Shown here piece by piece: positions 35,226 through 44,349 of a DNA stretch of 60,779 bases (position 1 is the first letter of the stretch; each line of letters starts with the position of its first letter). Below the pieces are notes generated by a model, which made no database searches, was not told where the DNA came from, and saw only the letters and a list, made by a program, of their open reading frames with translations. This DNA comes from a virus. Position numbers and translations under genes: made by a program. The DNA is taken from the UHGV virus genome UHGV-0247086; one strand, 5' to 3'.

Positions 35226-38200
35226 TTATGCCTGTACGCGCAGCGCTTCGAGACGGCGCATATCAAAATCGTTAAGTTCTTCGGTGTAGTCTTCGGTAAT
35301 CGGCGCCGGCCATTCGCCAGTGTCGAAACCGTTCGCGATGGCACGCATTGCTTTGCGATATTCCAGCATGCCGAGTTCCAGCAGTTCTTCGGATGCCTCG
35401 ATGATGGCGATCCAGTGGTAGTTCTCGTCTTTGTTGACGAATATCCAGAAGAACTGGTCAAGGGCTGCGGTTTCGCAGTACATAGCCGCGCTCAGGTGGT
35501 AATCGCGCTCGATGATTTCCCGGTGCAATTTGGCGCGCAGGCCTTCCTGCTTAATGTTCCACATACTGATGGTTTTCAGGTCCGCACCAATGCGCAGGCC
35601 GCCCATGTCTATCTCAAGGTCAGGGCGCACGCGAACTTCCAGCCCGGTTTCCTCATCAATGCCGAAATAGCTCACCTCGACGGCACGGCTCGGGTGCGTC
35701 AACAACTTGCCAGCGGTCGGGTGATTCAACAGTGCTTTCTGAATGGCCAGTGCCGTAGCCAGCTGCTGGCGGGTAACCAGCACTTTTCCTTCCGGGTTCT
35801 CGCGCCATGCATCCAGCAACTCGTCGGCAAACACGGCATCCGGTTTTACCGATTTCACGGCCTGAATCAGATCGGCCTTTGTGCCAGAGACTTTCAGGGG
35901 CTGCGCCTTCTGTGCTTCCTGAACAACCATGTCAGGATTAATAAGCGCCAGCTGTTCCAGTAAGGCATCGCGGCCACCGCTGGTTTTCACCTGGGCGGGC
36001 AGGGTGGCGTTGTATTCTTTGATGCAGGCCTTCATTGCGGTGGCGGTTTGCTTCTGACCGTCTTCAATGCGCTGGAACTCAACAGGTAAAGACATATAAC
36101 CCTGGCCGGTTTCTTCAACTGATGTACCCAAGGGAACCTGGGCGGGCAGGTTCGCGTTGTATTCCTCCAGGAATCTTTTGATGTCATCTGCGCTGAGTAA
36201 AACCGGAAGCCCGGTGTTGTATTCGTCGATAAATGCGCGGATCGTCGCCGTAGTGGTGAAGGCGCCTTCCGGGATTTCCGGCTCGATACTGAATTCTTTT
36301 TCCAGCTGATCAGGCTGCAGCGCCAGTGCATGCACCAGATTTCCCATATCCAGAACAGGGGAGCGTACCTTCTGGATGGTCTTGGATACGTGGCGCGCCT
36401 CGAAATACATCAGCGATACCCGCGCATCTTTAACCATCGTGGAGCTGATGCCGTTAGCGGCGTGGTAGACCTCATTTGGCACGCCTTCATATCGACCAGG
36501 CTCGAAATACTCCGGCCATGCTGACGCTGCTTGTTCAGCATCTTCCTCATCATCACTGTGAGCATTCTCAGAAACCTGGCTTTTCAGCACTTCGGCGGTA
36601 AGATCCGGGCAGCGTTCAGCCAGTATTTCGCTCATGTTCACGGCAGTTGTTTGCGCAGGAGGTTCATCAGCGCCTTCGCCTGTTGATACCGCATTATCAT
36701 TTTCGTCTTCGACCGGCTGAGCCGTTTCCATCTGCACATCGCTGGTGGTTTCCCCGGAATTAGCTGGATGTAATTTTTCTTCTGCAGCGCGCTGGCGCGC
36801 CTGGTCCACGATAGAAAGTGCTGGTGCTGGCTGGCTATCCATCAGACCATCAATCGAAAAAACACCATTGCCTATGTTTGAAACTTCAGGCTGTTTGGGT
36901 TTGGTCAGGTCTTCGGTTATCCACTTCGGACCCGTGGGGTCACTGATACCTTCGACATATTCGCCGCGTTCGGCGGCCAGAACCTGATTAGCGTCAGGGC
37001 GTTTCTTTTGAGCTTCTTTCACCAGTTCGGTGCCAATTACCTGAAAGTCAGTTGGGAGAGTTTCCAGGTCAGGCACACCTTCATCTCCATCGATATCCTT
37101 TTTCACAGCGTCCGTAGTGACGGCGGCAGATGAAACATGACCAGCTTTTTCAAGCGTCTCAGCAGAAGGGACGTCATGCTTATGCTCGGTCAGGTTCGCA
37201 TTGATATAGGTCTGCAGACTTACCGGGAAATGATGAATATCGCTGGTGGCGCCACGAATAAGGGCAAAAATGGCTGCGCGTGAATAATCCAGGATGCCTG
37301 CGACCTTGCGCAGCGCTGCAGACCATTCCTTGAACGGACTTTCTTTCTTCTGAACAATCTCTTTGGCCCGGCGGTGAATTGATGCCGGGAAATTGTAGAT
37401 ATCGAAATCCATTGGCATTGTGGCCAGGGCTATTTCTACATCGAGCGTATCAAGGGTATGGGTGTAGTCAGGGTTGCGATCGGTTTTATTACCGCCGCCA
37501 GCATTCGTACCTGCATCGGTTTTCAAAACCGAAGAAATGCAGTTACCGGCAGCCCATTCCCTGGTGAGAATGCCGCGGTCGATCGCGTTCGTGGCGAACC
37601 ACAGCTTTGCAAACTGAATACGTTTGCCGAGCTCATGCCGTTTCCCTTCCGGGAAGACTTTTTTATTGGCGCTGGTGAATTTCCAGAGCGTCGGCATATC
37701 GTATTTTTTGATTTCAGGGATATTCTCGGCGGCCAGAATCAGATCCTGGACGGCTGCGTTATCAGTGTCCATTTCCAGAACTGACAGCTCCTGCCGGTGA
37801 GGCATGCTGATATGATAAACGTGACGTTCTTCAGCCATGTACTGCGCCAGCAACTGAGCGCGAAAGGGGAGTTCTGCCACGTTAAAAAGCGCGCTGGAAT
37901 CGTCCTGGTATTCATCACTACCGAAAGTTTCCACGGTCTCAGAGGTTACTCCTGCATCATCGATGTGATGATCCGCAGGCACCTGACCTGGCTTCAGAGC
38001 CCAGGTGCGACCATCGTCGCCGAGCTGGTAGCGTTCGCACCATGAGTAATCGAGAACACCTTCCGCCGGCAGGTCATTGAATACCGGGAAATCGGTGCGA
38101 ATTGGTTTTTGATAGTCTTTGCCGCGGCCTGTTTCGATCCCAGCGTCTTCCAGATCGACGTCCAGCTGCAGAAGGGCGCGGGCTTCTGATTTATTAGTGC

Positions 38201-38330
38201 GCCAGATTACGGCATCAGCTTTACCCGATTTTTGAGTCGCTTTTATCAGATAAAAATATTCCATGTGATAGCCTCTATTTTGGATGTAGAATCCCACGGG
38301 CCATTGGTAGCGCCCATTTAGGGTGGTCAT
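35226..38330 (-). CDS. RecE-like exonuclease VIII (C-terminal PD-(D/E)XK nuclease, long acidic N-terminal extension)
   Basis: 1034 aa. The C-terminal ~250 aa have a YqaJ/RecE-type nuclease pattern (VRPDLEID...GADLKT). Immediately upstream of recT. Confidence 0.7.
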   Translation of the reverse strand: MTTLNGRYQWPVGFYIQNRGYHMEYFYLIKATQKSGKADAVIWRTNKSEARALLQLDVDLEDAGIETGRGKDYQKPIRTDFPVFNDLPAEGVLDYSWCERYQLGDDGRTWALKPGQVPADHHIDDAGVTSETVETFGSDEYQDDSSALFNVAELPFRAQLLAQYMAEERHVYHISMPHRQELSVLEMDTDNAAVQDLILAAENIPEIKKYDMPTLWKFTSANKKVFPEGKRHELGKRIQFAKLWFATNAIDRGILTREWAAGNCISSVLKTDAGTNAGGGNKTDRNPDYTHTLDTLDVEIALATMPMDFDIYNFPASIHRRAKEIVQKKESPFKEWSAALRKVAGILDYSRAAIFALIRGATSDIHHFPVSLQTYINANLTEHKHDVPSAETLEKAGHVSSAAVTTDAVKKDIDGDEGVPDLETLPTDFQVIGTELVKEAQKKRPDANQVLAAERGEYVEGISDPTGPKWITEDLTKPKQPEVSNIGNGVFSIDGLMDSQPAPALSIVDQARQRAAEEKLHPANSGETTSDVQMETAQPVEDENDNAVSTGEGADEPPAQTTAVNMSEILAERCPDLTAEVLKSQVSENAHSDDEEDAEQAASAWPEYFEPGRYEGVPNEVYHAANGISSTMVKDARVSLMYFEARHVSKTIQKVRSPVLDMGNLVHALALQPDQLEKEFSIEPEIPEGAFTTTATIRAFIDEYNTGLPVLLSADDIKRFLEEYNANLPAQVPLGTSVEETGQGYMSLPVEFQRIEDGQKQTATAMKACIKEYNATLPAQVKTSGGRDALLEQLALINPDMVVQEAQKAQPLKVSGTKADLIQAVKSVKPDAVFADELLDAWRENPEGKVLVTRQQLATALAIQKALLNHPTAGKLLTHPSRAVEVSYFGIDEETGLEVRVRPDLEIDMGGLRIGADLKTISMWNIKQEGLRAKLHREIIERDYHLSAAMYCETAALDQFFWIFVNKDENYHWIAIIEASEELLELGMLEYRKAMRAIANGFDTGEWPAPITEDYTEELNDFDMRRLEALRVQA

Positions 38331-38401
38331 TGGTTTTAGTAATTTCCGGTGTAACTTTGGTCGGTGGCACCGGACGTACAGCCCGCTTCGGCGGGTTTAC
38401 G

Positions 38402-38626
38402 TTAGCTCTCGTGCGCCATCTGGTCGTAAGAGGCGCAGCGTTCAGAGCAGTACTCTTTTTCTTTCCGTGCGAGCTGGTTCCCCTGGAGGTACAACAGGGT
38501 GCTCACCACTGGTTTTCCCTCGATCGCTTTACGGCAGTAACCGCATTTCTTCTGCATTCTTCCCCCTACATTTGCACCGTGAACCCGGCCGGATGCTCGT
38601 CCAGTACGCCTTTCAATGGATAACAT
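38402..38626 (-). CDS. small zinc-finger protein (CGYC...C..C)
   Basis: Cys-pair motif. The true start may be the internal Met (MQKKCGYCRK). Confidence 0.4.
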   Translation of the reverse strand: MLSIERRTGRASGRVHGANVGGRMQKKCGYCRKAIEGKPVVSTLLYLQGNQLARKEKEYCSERCASYDQMAHES

Positions 38627-38790
38627 TCAGCTTTCACGTGTTGCTCTTCTGCAGCTGCCTTGCAGTCATTCTCAGTGTCGTAAACGCCGAGCAGCACATC
38701 CTGATTACCGCCCGTCAGCATGCTGACGGTGAGAACCAGGGCAAACATCGTGCTCATGAAGGGTCTCCTTTTTGCGCGAGCATGTAGCAC
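38566..38790 (-). CDS. small secreted/membrane-anchored protein
   Basis: Internal Met followed by a hydrophobic stretch (MSTMFALVLTVSMLTGG). Confidence 0.35.
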   Translation of the reverse strand: MLHARAKRRPFMSTMFALVLTVSMLTGGNQDVLLGVYDTENDCKAAAEEQHVKAECYPLKGVLDEHPAGFTVQM

Positions 38791-38866
38791 ACCCGGCGGA
38801 TGAAAGCTGACAGCGGACTTAAACGAATAGCCTGCTGACGAGCGGGTTTGCGTGCGAAATCATTCA

Positions 38867-38962
38867 TAGAAACAATCCCCTCAGTGCGCTGAAGAGCGCG
38901 ATCCAGATGAAGAGCCCAATAACTGCTGAAATGATCAGGGCTCTGATGCCTTGCTTGCTCAT
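38867..38962 (-). CDS. 31-aa hydrophobic peptide (possible small membrane toxin/Kil-like), not in the ORF track
   Basis: MSKQGIRALIISAVIGLFIWIALFSALRGLFL, with a strong RBS GAGGAG 5 nt upstream. Confidence 0.35.
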
Positions 38963-39050
38963 TCCAACTCCTCATGTTTGCCTGTCTTTTAACCACTTCA
39001 GGCTCGGTGGTATGCTGGTAGTTCTCACACAGCCAGCAAAAAAATAAAAA

Positions 39051-39281
39051 ATGTCAAAACTGACAACGATGAAAGTTGCTTGCCCTGATTGCGGAAGCGA
39101 GATGCTCAAGCGTCCCGATGATTTCGACTTTGATACAAATTTTGTTGGCGTCAGTTGTGCCAACTGTGGTCGAGAAATCACTAAGGACGATGTTGTTAAG
39201 CAAGGGACGGATGTTGTCAAAAAGCAGGTTGACGACATCCTCAGGGATGCCTTCAAGGGAACGGGCTGGAAGCTCAAGTAA
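39051..39281 (+). CDS. zinc-ribbon protein (CPDC...CANC); antisense-overlaps ORF 39054..39362
   Basis: Two CxxC pairs separated by 21 aa. RBS is weak. Confidence 0.4.
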   Translation: MSKLTTMKVACPDCGSEMLKRPDDFDFDTNFVGVSCANCGREITKDDVVKQGTDVVKKQVDDILRDAFKGTGWKLK

Positions 39282-39362
39282 CCCCAGTAGTTCCTCGACC
39301 TGATTGATTACTTCCGTGGCGTCTATTTCGAGTTCAATAGGCGCCACCTTTACCTTACTCAT
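39054..39362 (-). CDS. hypothetical protein, alternative to the overlapping + strand zinc-ribbon ORF
   Basis: 102 aa with SD GAGGG 5 nt upstream of the ATG. Same orientation as the recET operon. Confidence 0.3.
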   Translation of the reverse strand: MSKVKVAPIELEIDATEVINQVEELLGLLELPARSLEGIPEDVVNLLFDNIRPLLNNIVLSDFSTTVGTTDANKICIKVEIIGTLEHLASAIRASNFHRCQF

Positions 39363-39645
39363 CTCACCCTCATTGCCTTGTCGCCGGCCAGCGGAACGTT
39401 ACTACCTACTGCGCATTGATATTTCCACCTCATCCCGGAATTCGTATGCTCCGGGCAGCTACTTCGTGGGCGTCCTGCCTTGGTGGGGTGTTGCTGGAGT
39501 TAATTAAACACAATGTTTAATGTTGTGTCAACATTATGAGTAATTAAACGTAAACAAAAAGTTTATAACGAGAGGTGGGTTAGTGCAGGGAGTATGTTTA
39601 TGGGTCTATTCTTTGGTTTTAAAAACATCTATGAGGGCTAATGGT

Positions 39646-39849
39646 ATGCGGTATGAGGATGAGTTTTTCGCAGAGATGCACCCGCAAATAGCGCAGGTTA
39701 TCGGGGTAGCGGTTATGCAGTTACTGGTTGAAAAGCAAGAGCCGTCAAGAGAGGCTCTGATAGAGATGATTCAGGTGTTGTGGCAGGAAGACCAGGTGGA
39801 TCTGGCTGTGGAGTTGGCGCTTGATGTGCTGATGCTGCCGAAAGAGTAG
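39646..39849 (+). CDS. hypothetical acidic protein
   Basis: ATG 39646 with RBS GAGGG. AACATT-type operator-like motifs lie upstream. Confidence 0.45.
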   Translation: MRYEDEFFAEMHPQIAQVIGVAVMQLLVEKQEPSREALIEMIQVLWQEDQVDLAVELALDVLMLPKE

Positions 39850-39924
39850 GGCAATAAAAACCCGGCGCGGGTAATGCTACCAACTTACTGATTTAGTGTA
39901 TGATGGTGATTTTAAGGTGCTTGC

Positions 39925-40200
39925 GTGGCTTCCATATCCATCAGATGTCCTTCCTGCTCCGCTACTGAAGGCGTGGTGCGTAACGGCAAAAGCACTGCCA
40001 GACATCAGCGCTATCTCTGCTCTCACTGCCGTAAAACATGGCAACTGCAGTTCACTTACACCGCTTCTCAAACCGGTACGCACCAGAAAATCATTGATAT
40101 GGCCATGAATGGTGTTGGATGCCGGGCAACCGCCCGCATTATGGGCGTTGGCCTCAACACGGTTTTACGTCACTTAAAAAACTCAGGCCGCAGTCGGTAA
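39925..40200 (+). CDS. insA: IS1 protein InsA
   Basis: 91 aa ([23 protein letters not shown]...), by recall matching InsA. Confidence 0.9.
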   Translation: MASISIRCPSCSATEGVVRNGKSTARHQRYLCSHCRKTWQLQFTYTASQTGTHQKIIDMAMNGVGCRATARIMGVGLNTVLRHLKNSGRSR

Positions 40201-40622
40201 CCTCGCGCATACAGCCGGGCAGTGATGTGATTGTCTGCGCTGAAATGGACGAACAGTGGGGCTACGTCGGTGCTAAATCACGTCAGCGCTGGCTGTTTTA
40301 CGCGTATGACAGGATACGGAGGACGGTTGTGGCGCACGTCTTCGGTGAACGCACTCTGGCCACACTGGAGCGTCTTCTGAGCCTGCTGTCGGCCTTTGAG
40401 GTCGTGGTATGGATGACGGATGGCTGGCCGCTGTATGAATCACGCCTGAAGGGAAAGCTGCACGTTAACAGCAAGCGTTACACTCAGCGAATTGAGCGAC
40501 ATAACCTGAATCTGAGACAACATCTGGCAAGGCTGGGACGGAAGTCACTGTCGTTCTCAAAATCGGTGGAGCTGCATGACAAGGTCATCGGGCATTATCT
40601 GAACATAAAACACTATCAGTAA
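40119..40622 (+). CDS. insB: IS1 transposase InsB (expressed as InsAB' by -1 frameshift)
   Basis: 167 aa, by recall matching InsB. Overlaps insA in the -1 frame. Confidence 0.9.
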   Translation: MPGNRPHYGRWPQHGFTSLKKLRPQSVTSRIQPGSDVIVCAEMDEQWGYVGAKSRQRWLFYAYDRIRRTVVAHVFGERTLATLERLLSLLSAFEVVVWMTDGWPLYESRLKGKLHVNSKRYTQRIERHNLNLRQHLARLGRKSLSFSKSVELHDKVIGHYLNIKHYQ

Positions 40623-40784
40623 GTTGGAGTCATTACCCTAAGAGATATCTTTATATCCTGTAAAGTGCCACCATCCATAACCATCCCTCATATAATTATT
40701 ATTAATTTCGCCAACCTAAACAGCCTATCCATGCTTCCTGTACGTCTGCGGCATTACCAAAAAACATCGAACTACCGGTCTGGC

Positions 40785-40904
40785 TTACTCAAAGTCATCC
40801 CGCCCACTCCTTCGCTTGAAGAAAATTTTGTCCAGCCTGAGGACTATCCCAACCAACCCGATAATCAGCAAAGTAATAAGTATGGGGATAACTAAGTCAG
40901 ACAT
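40785..40904 (-). CDS. 39-aa single-TM peptide downstream of the repressor (rex-like position), not in the ORF track
   Basis: MSDLVIPILITLLIIGLVGIVLRLDKIFFKRRSGRDDFE, with RBS GAGGAAG. Confidence 0.3.
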   Translation of the reverse strand: MSDLVIPILITLLIIGLVGIVLRLDKIFFKRRSGRDDFE

Positions 40905-41009
40905 GCTTCCTCTGCATTGTTTAAATCTTATTTAGGCGGAGCATCAGAGGACTGGCTGTCTAGCCATTCTGCAAGTTTCTTTAAAATCTGCACTCATGTT
41001 GGATCTGCC

Positions 41010-41108
41010 TTATGTACCTGGAGTCGCATAGCCACCCAGAATGAACCACGCCAGAAAAGCGACTGCAATGATGAACACGCTCGCCGGAAATGCTATACCA
41101 ATTCTCAT
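41010..41108 (-). CDS. 32-aa hydrophobic peptide immediately after the repressor stop
   Basis: MRIGIAFPASVFIIAVAFLAWFILGGYATPGT. RBS is weak. Confidence 0.25.
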   Translation of the reverse strand: MRIGIAFPASVFIIAVAFLAWFILGGYATPGT

Positions 41109-41125
41109 AAGACCGCCCTTAACTG

Positions 41126-41521
41126 TCACTCGCCATCACCCTTAATCCGCCGCCCCATGTACTTGGCATACAACTCATCGAGCTCTTTGAGCCGCAGAGA
41201 TACGATCCGCAGTATGTTCTGTTGCTCTTCTTCGTTGGGGAGTTGGTTATAGAGTTCCAGCAACCGCTTCTCGTCCGGGCGTAAACCATCATTTGCATCG
41301 ACGTCCTGACCTAAAACCCACTCAAGGCTTACGCCAAGAGCATCAGCGAGCTTTATGGCAGAGCTCTTTCCGATCGCTCCCCGCACAAACCAGTTGTTAA
41401 CCGATTGCGAACTTACACCACAAATTCTCGCTATATCCGCTTTGGATATGCGCTTCATCTCAATTATTTCATTGAGCCTTTGGACCTGTGGGTTGTCGGA
41501 CTGGTGCGTATTTTTTCTCAT
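41126..41521 (-). CDS. phage repressor (XRE/cI-like HTH, no peptidase domain; RacR-like)
   Basis: HTH (ISKADIARICGVSSQSVNNW). Divergent from the cro-like gene. An AT-rich operator region lies between them. Confidence 0.75.
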   Translation of the reverse strand: MRKNTHQSDNPQVQRLNEIIEMKRISKADIARICGVSSQSVNNWFVRGAIGKSSAIKLADALGVSLEWVLGQDVDANDGLRPDEKRLLELYNQLPNEEEQQNILRIVSLRLKELDELYAKYMGRRIKGDGE

Positions 41522-41625
41522 ATATCACGATTTTAAACTAAATGTTTACCATCTCAACATTCATAAAGTTGACATTAAAATAAACATAATGTTTAATTCT
41601 CTCTGTAACTTTAACGGAGTGGTTT

Positions 41626-41859
41626 ATGAACGCATTAGAAAAAGCCATACAGATCGCTGGTGACGCAACGAAGCTAGCAGAAAAACTGGACGTCTCATCT
41701 ATGACTATTAGCCATTGGAGGCATCGCCATGGGGGAGCCGTTCCTCAGTCTCGGGTTTTCCAAATCTTCCGGGTAACCGGCGTTACTCCGCATGAACTTC
41801 GCCCAGACCTTTACCCAAATCCAAACGACGGTTTGTCTTCACAAAATCTGGCGGGATGA
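41626..41859 (+). CDS. Cro/YdaS-family DNA-binding protein
   Basis: MNALEKAIQIAGDATKLAEKLDVSSMTISHW matches the YdaS/Cro fold signature. Divergent from the repressor. Confidence 0.7.
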   Translation: MNALEKAIQIAGDATKLAEKLDVSSMTISHWRHRHGGAVPQSRVFQIFRVTGVTPHELRPDLYPNPNDGLSSQNLAG

Positions 41860-42398
41860 CCATGCAAACACTTTCCTTTCAACAAAATACCGGATTCAAC
41901 CCCGGCGCTCTGATAAAGCGAAATCAGGCGAAAGTGGCAGATCACGACGGCATTCGTTCTGCCGTTCGCGCCTGGGCCGCTGCTGAAGGTCAGGATGTTG
42001 TTTCGGCATACATCATCGATGAGTGGCGCCAGCAGGGCGGGGAAGAAATTGAATTTCCCGCGGACATCAGCCGCGCCCGCCAGAAGCTTTTCCGTTACCT
42101 GGATAACGAGGTCGATTCTGAAAAGTATCGCGCGAATGTGCGTCTTCTGACGCCAGCCATCATGGCCGTCCTCCCGTTGGAATTTCGCCACCGCCTGTTG
42201 CCTGAAGACAATTTCATGTCCCGACTGGCACGGCTGGAGAAAGAGACCAGCGAAGCGAAGGTTGCCGTTGCCATGGGAGCTCCACGTCATCAAAAGCTGA
42301 AAGAACTGAGCGAGGGAATTGTCGAGATGTTCCGGGTTGACCCAGAACTAACGGCGCCACTGATGGCCATCGTCACTTCAATGCTGGGGGTTTTGTAA
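41856..42398 (+). CDS. YdaT/CII-like regulatory protein
   Basis: 180 aa immediately after cro with an overlapping start, the position of cII/ydaT. Confidence 0.45.
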   Translation: MTMQTLSFQQNTGFNPGALIKRNQAKVADHDGIRSAVRAWAAAEGQDVVSAYIIDEWRQQGGEEIEFPADISRARQKLFRYLDNEVDSEKYRANVRLLTPAIMAVLPLEFRHRLLPEDNFMSRLARLEKETSEAKVAVAMGAPRHQKLKELSEGIVEMFRVDPELTAPLMAIVTSMLGVL

Positions 42399-42485
42399 TG
42401 TCGGGTATCAAAAAGGCGAAAGCCGCGGTGCTGTAACACCAACGGCTTTCAGGTGCAAAAACGAAGAGGTAATTGCGAGGTAAGT

Positions 42486-42674
42486 ATGTCAGGAACAAAG
42501 ACTGAGGTAAACGCCCAAACGACCCATAAATGCTACTTTTGCGGAGCGAGCAATATTGAGGTTGCAGGCGTTCTCATTGCCGGCCCCGGCGTATCCATCT
42601 GTCAAAAATGTGTCTTTCAGTGGGTTGATATTGTCTTTCAACACGCAGAAAAGACCGATAAACCAACGTCATAA
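42486..42674 (+). CDS. standalone ClpX N-terminal zinc-binding-domain-like protein
   Basis: CYFCGASNIEVAGVLIAGPGVSICQKCV parallels the ClpX ZBD [27 protein letters not shown]. RBS GAGGT. Confidence 0.6.
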   Translation: MSGTKTEVNAQTTHKCYFCGASNIEVAGVLIAGPGVSICQKCVFQWVDIVFQHAEKTDKPTS

Positions 42675-42688
42675 GTTCAGGGGTATCT

Positions 42689-43597
42689 ATGCGTGACTAT
42701 GCAACAGTCGCACCGCAATTCTGGCTGGGGAAAACAGGTCGGGAACTGCGGAAAAAAGGCGCTGAAGCGCAGGTGGTCTCGTTTTATCTCATGACCTCGC
42801 CACACGCAAACATGCTCGGTTTGTATTACCTGCCAATTCTCTATATCGCCCATGAAACAGGGCTGGGCTTAGAAGGGGCTTCGAAGGGGCTTAAAAGCAC
42901 CATCGAAGCGGGGTTTTGTAGCTATGACGAGGACACAGAGATGGTCTGGGTGCATGAAATGGCCGCCTACCAGGTAGGCAAGGCATTAAAGCCAGGTGAT
43001 AACCGTTGTGCGGGGGTCAGGAGTGAGTATGCATCACTTACAGAAAACCCTTTTCTTTCATTATTTTACGAGCGTTATAAGGATGATTTTCATCTGAATG
43101 TCAAACGCGAATCGTGCCCAACGCCAGAAGGGGCTTCGAAGGGGCTTCGAAGCCAAGATCAGGAACAGGATCAGGAACAAGAACAAGATAAAGATCTTTC
43201 GGGGCATGGCTCCGCCACCCCCCCAGATGGTGGATCCTCCGATGAAGCTCCATCTGAGAAGCCGAAAAGCAGTTACCCGGAGGAATTTGAACTGGCCTGG
43301 AGGGAATACCCAAAGCGCGCAGGAGGCAATAGCAAGGTCGATGCGTTCAAAGCCTGGACTGCCCGAATTAAATCAGGCGCAACAGCGCAGGAGCTTACCG
43401 ATGGTGTTCGACGATATGCGGATTACGTCACTGCTGCCGGAAAACTCAACACTGAGTACGTGAAACAAGCGTCCACGTTTTTCGGTCCCTCAAAGCACTA
43501 CGAGGAGTTGTGGAGCTTCGAAGTACCAACCGGTAAACGGGATCCGAACTCAATATCCCAGCCAGATAAATTAATTCCGAGTGGGTTCAGGGGGTAG
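42689..43597 (+). CDS. replication initiator / replisome organiser (lambda O-like), with internal acidic linker and iterons
   Basis: N-terminal DNA-binding region and a QDQEQDQEQEQDKD linker. C-terminal FELAWREYPKRAGGNSKVDAFKAW motif. Followed by the DnaC-like gene. Confidence 0.7.
   Translation: MRDYATVAPQFWLGKTGRELRKKGAEAQVVSFYLMTSPHANMLGLYYLPILYIAHETGLGLEGASKGLKSTIEAGFCSYDEDTEMVWVHEMAAYQVGKALKPGDNRCAGVRSEYASLTENPFLSLFYERYKDDFHLNVKRESCPTPEGASKGLRSQDQEQDQEQEQDKDLSGHGSATPPDGGSSDEAPSEKPKSSYPEEFELAWREYPKRAGGNSKVDAFKAWTARIKSGATAQELTDGVRRYADYVTAAGKLNTEYVKQASTFFGPSKHYEELWSFEVPTGKRDPNSISQPDKLIPSGFRG
42869..42891 (+). repeat. iteron-like direct repeats (GAAGGGGCTT x2) inside the O-like gene
   Basis: AGAAGGGGCTTCGAAGGGGCTT. 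The same unit recurs at 43125-43150. Confidence 0.5.
43125..43150 (+). repeat. iteron-like direct repeats, second cluster, followed by AT-rich CAGGAACA repeats
   Basis: AGAAGGGGCTTCGAAGGGGCTTCGAAG, then CAGGAACAGGATCAGGAACAAGAACAAGA. Confidence 0.5.
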
Positions 43598-44349
43598 TGA
43601 TGAAAAATATGATTGGTACTGGTAGTGCGCTGGAGCGGCTGAAAAAACTCATCCCTCCGGGTGTAGAGCCTAAGTTTGGCAGTGTAGAGGAGTGGAGAAC
43701 CTGGCAGGCCGAGGAAGGGCGCAAACGCTGCGAAGAACTGGAAAAACAAAACCAGCGTACCCGTGCTGAAAAAATATTCGGACGAGCGGGAATTCAAGAT
43801 CTACATCGGAGCTGCACGTTCGCAAATTACCAGGTGGCAGGAGATGGTCAGCGCCGGGCGCTCACGATGGCGAAAAGTTACGCACAGAACTTCGGTTCAG
43901 GGTTCGCCAGTTTCGTATTCAGTGGAGCGCCGGGAACCGGGAAAAACCATCTGGCGGCCGCAATCGGAAATCACCTGCTGGCTGGTGGTCGCTCTGTGCT
44001 GGTGGTGACTATTCCTGACCTGATGCTACGTGTTCGCGAGTGCTACGACGACGGGCAGTCAGAGGCTTCGCTTCTGGACGACCTTTGCCGGGTAGATCTG
44101 CTCATCCTGGACGAAGTAGGCATTCAGCGCGGCAGCAGCGGCGAAAAGGTCATTCTGAACCAGGTTATCGATCGCCGCCTGTCGTCGATGCGTCCGGTCG
44201 GCATCCTGACGAACCTGAACTACGAATCTCTGACGGACACCCTCGGCGCGCGCATTCTCGACCGTCTCCAGATGGACGGCGGCATGTGGGTGAACTTCGA
44301 CTGGGATAGTTATCGCAAAAACGTCCGCCATCTGCGCGTCGTTAAGTGA
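43597..44349 (+). CDS. DnaC-like helicase loader (IstB-type AAA+ ATPase)
   Basis: Walker A GAPGTGKNHLAAAIG and Walker B LLILDEVG. 250 aa, after the O-like gene. Confidence 0.85.
   Translation: MMKNMIGTGSALERLKKLIPPGVEPKFGSVEEWRTWQAEEGRKRCEELEKQNQRTRAEKIFGRAGIQDLHRSCTFANYQVAGDGQRRALTMAKSYAQNFGSGFASFVFSGAPGTGKNHLAAAIGNHLLAGGRSVLVVTIPDLMLRVRECYDDGQSEASLLDDLCRVDLLILDEVGIQRGSSGEKVILNQVIDRRLSSMRPVGILTNLNYESLTDTLGARILDRLQMDGGMWVNFDWDSYRKNVRHLRVVK

Larger units (their letters stand above)
39870..40637 (+). mobile_element. IS1 insertion sequence (768 bp), no flanking direct repeat
   Basis: Ends GGTAATGCTACCAACTTACTGATTTAGTGTATGATGGTG ... CACTATCAGTAAGTTGGAGTCATTACC. insA and insB genes. Confidence 0.9.

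Noticed and set aside
39870-40637. Target-site duplication for IS1
   Set aside because: The flanking 9-mers (CCCGGCGCG vs CTAAGAGAT) do not match. Reported as lacking a TSD rather than inventing one.
40917-41252. 111-aa + strand ORF overlapping the repressor 3' end and the small TM ORFs
   Set aside because: Antisense to the repressor, with no RBS and a low-complexity product.
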